A stretch of DNA of 64,000 bases, taken from assembly GCA_004431415.1 (NCBI GenBank), contig QPMI01000496.1:62001-126000 (forward strand), written 5' to 3'. The notes under the pieces are model-generated. The model ran no database searches. It had not been told where the DNA came from and saw nothing but the letters and a program-made list of their open reading frames with translations. The first letter of the stretch is position 1; each line of letters begins with the position of its first letter. Both the position numbers and the translations under genes were made by a program. Positions 12,501-23,120 of the stretch are shown here, one piece after another. This stretch comes from Cyanophora paradoxa CCMP329 (Eukaryota > Plantae > Glaucophyta).

Positions 12501-14559
12501 TTATACGAGGGCGGGCGCCTGCGCCTGCGAGCCGACCGGACGTCAGCGCGCTGAAGAAACGAAAGGAAACGAGGTCGAGCGCGGGCGCACGTTGAGCTTC
12601 TCGTACATCTTGCGGATCTTCATGCCGAGGAGCACCTGGAAGAGGCCAGTGCCGTTGTTCGAGCCAGGGAAGCCCTGGTTCTTCAGGATCTGCTGGGTGA
12701 GCTCGCCGTAGTACCTGCACGCCGCGCGTGAGCCGACACGCGCGCCGCAGCGTTGCCGAGCCGGCCGCACCGGGTCGAGGTGTTGTTGAGGTGGGACTCG
12801 ACGTAGATCAGCTCCTCGAGCTTCTCGAACTGGCCGTCCATCTCGAGGATCGAGACCTCGTTGCCCATGAACTCCTCAGGGCCGTAGAAGAACCTGGCGG
12901 GAGCGCGTGAGCCGGCGGCGCGAGGCGAGCGGCGCGGCGCAGCGCACTTGATGCCAGGGTACGAGCAGGTGAGCTTGCGGCCGCAGGGCACCCAGGTGAT
13001 GGTCGAGCCCTCGTCGTACAGGTACGCCGGCTCGAAGCCGAGGACGCCCTCCTTCTGGATCAGCTGGACGCGGAGAACCTTGTGGTCCTTGTCGTCGGGG
13101 ATGAGCTTGGTGGGGAGGATCTGCACGCGCGCGCGTGAGCGGCGGGGAGCGCTCGCGCGAAAGAGAGAGAGAGAGCGCGGAGGGAGCGCACGGAGAGGAC
13201 GACGTCCGCCATGCCCTTCTGGGGCTCGACGTACGCCTCGAAGTCGGGCTTGCGGGACTCGATCGAGGCCAGAATGTCCTCGAGCTTGTGGCCGCGCTCG
13301 GCCATATCGCGCTGCACCTTCCAGGCGAGCTTGATCTCATCGCTGGAGGGACGCGCGCGCGGCGCGCGAGGGTAAGCGGGTGCGGCGCGCGCAGCGGCGC
13401 TGCGAGGCGCGGGCGGCACCTGAGGTCAAGGTAGATGGAGAAGTCCAGGAGGTCACGGACGCGCTTGTCGTACATCGGGTGCAGGCCCTCAACCTGCCGA
13501 AGACCGGTCGGACGCGGTGCGCGCGGGCGCCTGGCTCGCCGATACGCACGACGATGATGTGGTTCGGGTCAACGGTCTCGGCGGGGTCGATCTTGCCGGT
13601 CTCGTGGTTGTAGATGGGCTTCTGGATGGCCTCGCCGTTCTTCAGGGCCTTGATCTGCGCGCCGCGGCGATCGCATCAGCACACCGAACGAATCGAAATC
13701 AAACGAGGGACGGAAGAACTAGAAGAAGGCGCCCCCCGCCGCGGTTACGGCGGGTCCGTGCCAGACCGCAGCGCGCGGGCGGCCGCGGGGGCGGCGGGCG
13801 CGCGCCCAACTAAGCTCTCGCGCACAGGACCTCCATCTATAGCCGAAGCCGGCGTGCGGGGATGCGGGGCGCAGGGCCGCGGCGCGGCGCGCACCTGCTC
13901 GTACATGAGGTCGAAGTTGTTGGCCTTCGGGTCCAGCGCGGTAACGCCAGCCTCCTTGCGGCCAGTGCGGTCGAGCGTGTGGTAGTCGTCCAGGCAGATA
14001 ACGGTGAGGAGGTCGCCGACCGGGGTGTGCGCCTTGGTCACCTCCGTCCCGAAGATGTCGTACAGCCGCCGCAGGAAGGTCGACTTGCCGCAGCCAGAGT
14101 CACCAGCCACACCAATGATCACCGGGCGCTTGATGTCCTTGCCGCCTGTGGGCGAAGGCCGCATGCGCGCATCAGACAATCACAGATGGAAATCTGCGGG
14201 CGGCCCGGCGCGCGCGCGAGGGCTCTAGGGGATGATCGCTGGCACAGTCGGACGTCTATCGGCCGCGAACAGCACGCAGACTGGGCCGCCCCGCCCCTCG
14301 GCGACGCCCCCGACGCGCGTTGCGCGCAAATAATCTTTCGCGCACCGGAGGTCATCTTCGCCGAGGTGATGAACACAAAGCGCTGCGACTTCTTCTCGGT
14401 GGTCATGAACATGCGCTTGCCCTGGAACTCCGACTTGCCGGCCGCGCCGAAGCCGAGCGCCGCATTCTTGTGCGCGGTGATCTTGCACGACTGAGTGCTG
14501 GCCGCGAAGCGGCCGCTGCGAACGGGGGCCACGGGGGCGACGGCGAAGGCGGACGACAT
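12501..14559 (-). CDS. PRK: Plastid phosphoribulokinase with transit peptide, 9 exons
   Basis: Motifs VIIGVAGDSGCGKSTFLRR, VICLDDYH, EGLHPMYD, WKVQRDMAERGH, PCGRKLTCSYPG and GSNNGTGLFQ. About 70 aa Ser/Ala/Lys-rich presequence beginning MSSAFAVAPV. Ends KLN|AQAPALV*. Confidence 0.98.
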
Positions 14560-15082
14560 GGCTGCTACACGAACTGGCGAAATAGACTCGCACTAACTTT
14601 CGGTTATACCCCGCGGCAGTTACTTACCAGCTGCCCTTCCGGCGCCCCGCCGGCCGCCCAGCGCGGCTCTGCGTGCATTCGAGTCTATCTCTGGCCGCAC
14701 GCGCGCGCCGCCCTAGCCCGGCGCAGCAGCGCCAGCGACCCGGGCCCGGCCCGGTCACCGGGTCCCCGCGCGCGGCCCTGCCGGCCGCGACGGCTTTGCA
14801 AAGCAGCGCGCGGCTCCACGCGCTCGCGATATCGAAAGTAGACTCGTTGGAAAGCAGATCTAGAGCTCGCGGGACGCGCGCGCGAGCCTAGCAGAGGTCC
14901 GACCGTCGGACGGGCGGCGATGCTTGCGCTTCGCCGACGGCGCGCGCCAAGTCCGTCGACATACGCGTGAGCGCCCAGCTCCCCGCCAGGCCCGGCGGCG
15001 CGAGTACACGTGAACCGTGCGTACATGTCTATGCGTATATTAACTCGACAGCTACCCACAACCCTGGCTACGCATGAAAGCG

Positions 15083-15117
<35 letters not shown>

Positions 15118-15176
15118 GCGCGCCCTAGGCCACTGTACAGCTGCGGGCCGGAGCTCGGGGGGCCTGCGGTACCCCC

Positions 15177-18100
15177 TCAGGAGGTGGCGGGCTTGCCGGT
15201 CTCGCCCGCGGCCTTCGCGGCCAGGGAGCCCGTCGCCGCCACGGGGCCCAGGTTCGTCCCCTCCGCGAACGCGCCGTCCAGGATCTGGGGGCGCGTCAGC
15301 CCCGAACTCGCGCGCTCGGAAGGAAGAAGAGAGAAGGAGCGACCTCCTGCAACTCCTTCTCGTGCTGGGCGAAGAACCCCGTCGCCGGCGCCGCAGCCGC
15401 CTTGCGCCCGATGAAGCGCTGCGGGGCGGGTCAGGAGGCGAGCGAAGGAAAATGGCCGGAGGGGCCTAAGCACCGGGGCGCGGGTGTCGCCGTGCGGCCG
15501 GAGCGCCGTCTTCACGCGCGGCTCGATGTAGAACCTGGGAGGGAGGAAGAAGAGCGTCGGGAAGGGTACGAGGGCGGGGGGCGGGGGCGGGGGGCAGGGC
15601 CGGACCAGGCGCCCATGTTCTGGGGCTCCTCCTGCACCCAGACGATCTCGGCCTGCGGGCGGGGCGGGCGGCGTCGGCCGGGGCGAGGTCGAGGGGCGCG
15701 GGCGCGGCCCCAAGGCCCCTAGAAGCCCGGGCAGGAGACGGCTGAGCTCCTATTTCAAGCTCTCTCCAGGGCGCGGGGGCCAGCAGACTCGGGGGCCACG
15801 GCCGCCGGGCGGCGCGGGCGCCGCTGGGCGGGCGCACGTTCTTGAAGCGGAGGAGCTCGTCGCCGACGAGGTCGAAGGGGAAGGGCGCGATCTGCTCGAT
15901 CCGCGCGATCGCCACGTCCTGCCCGGGCGGGGCGGTCGGGGTGGGGGGGGGGGGAGGGCGGGGCGCGGGGGCCGGCCCCGCGCACCTTGATGCCCCGCTT
16001 GGCGCGGGCGTCGGCGAGGTCGTAGTAGACCTTGCCCGAGCAGAGGATCACCCGCCGCACCTGCGCGCGCGCGGGGGGCGCGGCGGTGAGGCCGGCGCGG
16101 CGCCCCCTCCGGGGCGGGGCGGGGCGGCCGGCCGCACCTTCTCGTCCGCCGCAAGCTCCTCCGAGGTGTCTGGAGGGAGGGAGGGAAGAGGGGGGGTCGA
16201 GTGAGCGGGGACCGGGCGCGGGCGGGCGGACGGGCGGGCGGGCGGCGTTGGAGCTCTTCTCTTCTGCGGGGGCGCACCGCGGATCATCTTCTGGAACATG
16301 GTGCCGGGGGCCAGGTCCTCGAGCGGGGAGACGCACTGCGGCGCCGCGGCTGAGCAAGGAGGGAGGAGGGAGGGCGCCCCGCGGACCTTCTTGTTGCGGA
16401 GGAGGGCCTTGGGGGACATGACGATGAGGGGCTTGCGGAACTCGCGGTGCAGCTGGCGCCGCAGCACGTGGAAGAAGTTCGCCGGCTGCGCGGGCGGCGG
16501 CGCCCCGTCAGCCGCCGGCGCTGGCCGGGGCGCGCGGGGCGGGCGGGGCGGGCGGGGCCCGGGGCCCGGGCGCACGGTGGTGCAGTTGACGACCTGGATG
16601 TTGCGCTCCTGGATCTGCGTGGACATGGGGCCCAGCACGGGGATCTGCGCGGGCAGTTAGGGGGCTGGACGTAGGGGAGGGGCCTGCGGGCGCGGTGGCG
16701 GGCCTCGTCGGGGCTCTCGTCGGAGAGCTGGAGGAAGCGCTCGAGGCGCGACGACGAGTGCTCCGGGCCCTGCCCTGCGTGAGCAAGGCCGGCGGGGGCG
16801 GGGCCGGGGCCGGGGCGCGGCGGACCTGGCCGTCGTAGCCGTGGGGGAGGAGCATGACGAGGCCCGACTGGCGCAGCCACTTGTTCTCCCCGGACACGAT
16901 GAACTGCGCGGCGGGGGACGCTCAGCGGGCGGGCGAGCGAGCGGCATCCCGGCAACTCGGGAGTCGCGGGGCGGCGGGACGGCACCTGGTCGATGATGAT
17001 CTGCGCGCCGTTCGCGAAGTCGCCGAATTGCGCTGCGGGGCCCGTCAGAAGGCGGAGAGAGGGGGGATGGGGCGGGGGCCTCGGGCGCGCCCTCCCAGAT
17101 GGTGAGCTGGTACGGGCTCTCGAGGGAATACCCGTGCTCGAAGCCCAGCACCGCGAACTCGGAGAGGTTCGAGTTGCAGATGTGGAAGTCCGCCTGCCGG
17201 CCGGCGCGTGAGAAGAGCTCGGGAGGGGAGGGACGGAGAGGGGGGGGGGGGGGGGGGGGGGGAGAAAGGAGACCTGGTCCTTATCGATGAAGTCGAGGGG
17301 TACGTACTCCTCGTCCGTCTCCTGCCGGCCGGCGTGAGATGGGCGGCCCGCTACCCCTCCCGCGCCGCCGCCGCCGCCGGCCCCCCGCACCTGGTCGTGG
17401 AGGACGGCGTGCCGGTGGGAGAAGGTGCCGCGCTCGCAGTCCTGCCGGCGCGTGAGCGGGCCAGTGGGCGGTGGGGGCCGGGCGGGCGGGCGGGCACGGG
17501 GTGGTCACCTGGCCCGAGACGCGGACGTGGAAGCCCTCGAGCAGCAGCGTCCCGAAGGCCAGCTGCTCGCACGTCGCCCTGGAGGGGGGGGGGGGGGGGA
17601 AGAAGCGAGCAAGTCAGGAGAAGGGGGGTACAGGGAGGAGGCGGGGCGGGGCGTCGGGGGGTACGGCACGCACCAGTCGAGGCCCTCGCCGGACTCGAGC
17701 ATCTTCTTGCGGGCGTCGAGGATCTCCTTGATCTTCGGGTGGATCTTGAAGCCGGCGGGGACCTGCGCGCCCCCGCGTGAGGCGGAAAGGAAGGAAAAGA
17801 AGAGGAGAGTGGGGAGGGAGGGGACCTGGCAGGAGGCGAGGCCGACGCGCTTCAGGACCTCGATGTTGGTGCCCGTCGGGCGGATCTTGGAGAGGTGGAG
17901 CCAGCTCTTGAAGCCTGCGGGGGGGAGGGCAGGGTCAATCACGGGCGCCTCTGGTCTGGTCCAGGCCAAGCCGGGCGGGCGGAGGCGGGGGCGGGGGCGG
18001 GCGGACCGTGCCAGTTGGTGGAGAGCCAGTCCGAGGTCTTCCCCTTCCACGTCTTCGACTTCTCGAACTCCGCCTGGGCGCAGGGCGTCGGGGGGTTGCG

Positions 18101-21100
18101 GGAGGGGAGGGGGAGGGGGCTGCGCAAGGCGCCCCGCACCTCAAAGTTCTGGGTGATCGACTTGACGATCGCGTCCGTCTCCGCCTTGGAGATGTACCCG
18201 TTCTTGTCCAGGTACTCCGCGTACAGCTGGGATGGGAGAGAAGTCAGGGGAGGGGGAGGAACGGAAGGGAGAAAAGGGGCCGGGGCGGGCCTTGACGGTC
18301 GGGGGGTGTTTCGCGATCTGCTTGTACATGCGGGGCTGCGTGAAGGCCGGCTGGTCCAGCTCGTTGTGCCCGTGCCGCCTGCGCCGGCCGCGTCGGACCC
18401 GCGCCTTCTCTCGGGGGGCGCCCCCCTGCGCACCGGTAGCAGACGATGTCGACGACGACGTCTTTCTTAAAGGTCTGCAGCGGGAGCGTAAGGAAAGAAA
18501 GAGGAGGGAAGAGGAAAGAAAGGAAGGAGGGACCTGGCGCCACTCGGCGGCGATGCGGCATGCGCGGACGACCGCCTCGGGGTCGTCCCCGTTCACGTGG
18601 AAGATCGGCGCCCTGGCGGCGGCGGGGGAGGGCGGGCGCGGTCAGCCCTGGTTTCAAGGGGGGTACGCGACGCAGTTCTGGAGTACCCGACGATCTTGGC
18701 GACGTCGGAGCAGAAGGGCGAGCTGCGGGCCTTGCGCGGGTCCGTCGTGAAGCCTGCCGAAAGAAGAAGAAGAAGAAGGACGAGGCGAAGTGAGCCCGGG
18801 GCGTCCTCGTCGAGGGAGGAGGCCCCGGCGGGGCGGGCGGGGCGGGGCGGACCGATCTGGTTGTTGACGACGATGTGGATGGTGCCGCCCGTCGTGTAGT
18901 CCACCAGGTCCGAGAGCTCCAGCGTCTCTGCCGCCCCAAGCTGAGCGAGGAGGAGCGCGTGGGAGGCTTAGGGGCGGGCGGACCGGCGACGACGCCCTGG
19001 CCTGCGAAGGCGGCGTCGCCGTGCAGCAGCACCGCCATCGTCTTCGCACGCTCCGCGTCCTGCCGGCGGACGGGCGGGAGGGTGAGCGGGCGGGCGAGGG
19101 GAGGAGGCTCAGCGCGGGCGGGCGGGCGGGCGGGCGGGGGCGGACCTTCCGGAAGTGCTGCTTGGCACGGGCCTTGCCGATGACGACGGGGTCCACGGCC
19201 TCAAGGTGGGACGGGTTCGCCGCCAGCGACGCGTGGATCGTCATCCCGTTGCTGCCCCGCGGGGCGCCCCGGCGGCTCGCGTCAGCGCGCCGGAGGCGGC
19301 GGCCACGCGGGCGTCTCGTTCGAGGCTTCTCTTCGAGGCTTCTCGCGGCCGGCCCCCCCGCGCCCGCACCCCCTCGGGAGGCGAGGGGTCTCACCTGAGG
19401 TGGCGGTTGCCCGAGGTCCCCAGGTGGTACTTCACGTCGCCCGAGCCCAGCATCGACTCGTCCTTGGGCTTCACCTGCGGGCGGCGCGCGGGTCGGGAGG
19501 GGAGGAGAGGGGACGAGACGAGAGGGCAGGGGGCAAGCACCGTCTGGAACTCAGAGAAGATCTGGGCGAGGGGCTTCTCCATGATGTTCGCCAGTACGTT
19601 CAAGCTGCAGAAGAGATTACTGGAAGGAGGAGGAGGAAGCGGTGGGCGGCCCAAGGAAGCGCGGACCGGCCGCGGTGGGGCATGCCGAAGCAGACGTTCT
19701 CGACGCCGAGCTCGGCGGCGCGCTCTAGGCAGGCGTCGATGCCGCAGATGACCGACTCGCCTGCGCGGGCGGGCGCCGGCTCGAGTCAGCGCGAGCGAGG
19801 CCGGAGCTGGATTCGAACTCGGGATCCCGGGGCGGCGCGCCTCCCTCGAGGCCGAAGCGCTTCGCGGTGTTGTACTTGGCCGCGAGGAAGCGCTGCGAAG
19901 CGGCGCCGCGCCGCGGTGAGGCCTCCGGGATCCGGCGGCGGCTCCCGGAGCCCCGGGCGGACCTCGAAACCGTCGGCCCTGGCGAGCGCGGTGTAGATGC
20001 TCTTGCGCTCCGCCGGCGTGAACGAGTACGGCTCCGCCAGCTCCACCTGCGAGCGCCGCCCGGGCGCGGTCAGATCCCTCGGCCGGGGCGGGGCGGGGCG
20101 GGGCGGCGCACGCGGGAGCGGATCCAGAACTTCTGCTGCTTGTCCGAGATGTGCATGTACTCCACCGTGAACGTCTTGCAGTACGTGTCCTAAGAGAGGA
20201 AACATGTGAGCGCGCCGGAGAAGACGGGCGGTGAGCAAGCCCGGCGCGCCTGGAGGTAGGTGAGGATCTCGCGCAAGGTGCCGCTCTGCCGTCCCAGCTC
20301 GCCTCCGAGGTAGAACTCCCGATCCATGTCCTCCTCCGTGAAGCCGAACGAGGCCGGGTCCAGATCCTGCGGCTCTCCTCGTCAGCGGCCGGCGCGGGCG
20401 CGGGGGCGCGGGCGCGGGATCAAATCTGCGCACGGGGTGGATCTGGGGCTTCACGAGGCCGAGGGGGTCCAGGTTCGCCATCAGGCTGCCCCGCTCGCGG
20501 TAGGACCGCAGCAGCGCGAGCACTGCGGAGGGCGCCCCGCGTCAGAGCGGCGCGCGAGAGAGAATGGCAGAAGGAAGAGAGAAGGAAAAACAGAGAGCAG
20601 CACCGCGAACGGACTCCTCCACGTGCGTCATGTTGAACTCCTTGGACAGGGACTCCTCGCCCTCGGCGGATAGGATGCGGCGGGGGCCGCGCTGCGCGGC
20701 ACGCCTCTCGGGACGATGCGCGAGGGAGCTAGGGAGCGGAGACGGCGAACCTCGTGCACGGGACGTGCGGGGGGCAGGTACGCCTCGCCGGGTTTCAGGC
20801 CGGCGTCGATGTTGCGGAAGAACGTGTCCCAAGACTTGTGGACCGAGGCCGGATCGGCCTTCCACATCTCGTACATCTGCTCAAGCACGACGCTGCGGCG
20901 CGGGCGGGGTCAGCGTCCCACGAGCCGGAGAGCTCGCGGGGCCCGATTCGCACACCTGTTGGTCCCCGTCAGGAAGGACTCCGAGGGATGCGGGGGCTTC
21001 GATTTCGGCTTAGTGCCAAGCGGAGCCGGCGCCGCCGAGGCGTACATAGACGCCGGGACAAGCGGCTGCGTACGACATCGCCGCGCGGCGGCCGATCAGC

Positions 21101-21295
21101 GACCGCCGGCAGAGTGACAGGCTGCTTCGCATACCAGGCGAGGCGTCCGAACGCGCTGCAGCGCATGGGCGAGGTGCCTGTGCATAGACAGGGGCGCCCG
21201 CTTGGTCAGGCCGGCGGGACGGCACGATTTACAGGACTCATGAGTCTCACGCACCCATGCGTGCGGCGCAGCGCACCGCCTGCGAACGAGAGCAT
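15177..21295 (-). CDS. OGDH: Mitochondrial 2-oxoglutarate dehydrogenase E1 component, about 40 exons
   Basis: Motifs [106 protein letters not shown] and [10 protein letters not shown]. An in-frame alternative ATG lies at 21349. Confidence 0.98.
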
Positions 21296-22085
21296 TGCGG
21301 CCGACTTGCGTGCTTGCTCGCAGATATGGGTACCCCTCCAGCCCACCATCAATGCGCTGCTGGGCACCAACGGCGCCTTCTACGTGCAATATCAATATAA
21401 AAAGATGTAGATGTATCGTTTCCTCTTCTTCCAGATGTACCTAGCCTTCGACCGACTCGGCAACGTTAACGTTAACGAAGCCAATTGCAATGCCGCAGCT
21501 GCCGGAGTCCCCTCGCCTCAGCGGCTCGGCGGAGTACTAGTCGAACAGCCGACTTCGCAGTGCCGCCGCCGCATGCGCAGTGCGCTGGCCGGGCCGGACC
21601 ATGCCCGGCTCGAGCTCCGGTCCCGACGCGCGCGCGCGCGCGCCCGGCGCGCGGTACCGGCCCGGCGGCGTACTATGGTACGCTAGCGCGGAGCCCGTGG
21701 CGTGCTGCTAGATATAGGCTATGCACGCATGCATGCGCATGCGTACATACGCGTACGCGTCCGCGGCCCCGCGCCGGGGCTTCACAAGTTCAGTGCAGCT
21801 TCACAAAACACGCTAATGCAGCGTAGAGTCCCTAGGGTCGGGCAATTGCAATGAGATCGGTAACTTTGGCATTTCGAAATCATTATAATTATTCGGAACT
21901 GTACATAAACCCTGTGCGCTGCAAGCCACGACCGTCGGACTCGGAGAGCTAAGCTAGCCTAGAAGTAAACCCAAAATACTGCAATCTAAATTTGAGAAGG
22001 AAATCGCTGGGTCCGTGAAAGAAAGATATCGCTCTACGCTTATTCTACGCAAGCTGCGGGATCATCGGATTCAAAGAGATTGACC

Positions 22086-22667
22086 TCAGAATCGGTCGTC
22101 GATGCGGTTCGAGTTGGGGTTGTGCTTGAGGGGCGGCTTTCCCTCCGCGGCCCGCTTGGCGTTCAGGTGCGCTATGCTGAACTTGTACGCGCAGTTCAGT
22201 TCGGTCTGCGCCGAAATCAAATTGAGATCGATATTATGTATCGAATTCGAACTGGGTTGACGCTCGGGCCGGGGGTGCGGCGCACGATCTGGCTCCAGCG
22301 GTCGAACATGGCCATGCCCAGAAGGATCGATGGGACGCACTTCACCTGCGGTGGCATCCGCGCGAGCGCCCCGCCGGGATCTGACGGGGGAAAATATGCG
22401 GGTTAATTCGTGTGTACATGTATGTGTGCATTTGGTTGGCGTGCGGGCACACTCATGCGGCCAGCGATGAACATGAAGAGCCCCGCGATGCTCGCGCCCG
22501 TCGCGAAGCCGAGGAACGCCTGCTTCTCGACCTGGTGACGCGAGCAAAGTGAGCCTCCGAGCGTACAGGAGAGAAGCGTAATAATAAAGCACCTCTCCTT
22601 CGCACTTCTGCCATCGGCTGCGGACCGAGTGCGGATCGTCGTCCAGGGGCAGCGGGTGAAACAACAT
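22086..22667 (-). CDS. Small two-TM protein (about 125 aa), ENOD93 / Rcf2-N-terminal-like, 4 exons
   Basis: Spliced product: MLFHPLPLDDDPHSVRSRWQKCEGE|VEKQAFLGFATGASIAGLFMFIAGRM|NPGGALARMPPQVKCVPSILLGMAMFDRWSQI|TELNCAYKF...DDRF*. All three GT-AG introns are phase-consistent. The family call is by pattern resemblance only. Confidence 0.65.
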   Translation of the reverse strand: MLFHPLPLDDDPHSVRSRWQKCEGEVLYYYASLLYARRLTLLASPGREAGVPRLRDGREHRGALHVHRWPHECARTPTKCTHTCTHELTRIFSPVRSRRGARADATAGEVRPIDPSGHGHVRPLEPDRAPHPRPERQPSSNSIHNIDLNLISAQTELNCAYKFSIAHLNAKRAAEGKPPLKHNPNSNRIDDRF

Positions 22668-23120
22668 TGCTGGGTCGGGCGTCGGTCGCTTGAACGAGGC
22701 TAAGAGTTGGAGCCCGAGATGGCCGGAAGCGAACGGTGCTGCTGCTGCAGCTGGCCAAGCTTTTACGACGTGCGCGACTGATGGCGCTGCTGGTCGGGTG
22801 GGAGGGCTTTAGATGCTCGGCCGTGCTTGGGGTGACGGTCTGTTGATTGCGAGCGGCACTGCGCATCGCGGCGCATGCGCCAGGCTCCACGTGGGTGACG
22901 CCGCGTCGGATCGGTGTCCGCTCGCCGACGGCTGCGAGGACGGCTGCAGGGGCGCATTTGCGGCTGCTAGAACCGCTCGAGGCGCGCGCAGGGGCCCGCG
23001 CTGACCGGCGACGTCCGCTCGCACGGTACCGAACGAGGGTACGCCGTCGCAGAACTGACCCCGGGTACACACGATCGGGCCGATGCTGGCGCGAGGCGGT
23101 TAGCGACGCGCGGGGTGACG

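Noticed and set aside
17240-17600. Long poly-G runs as functional elements
   Set aside because: They are intronic poly-C tracts of the minus-strand OGDH gene, and their lengths are unreliable in assemblies.
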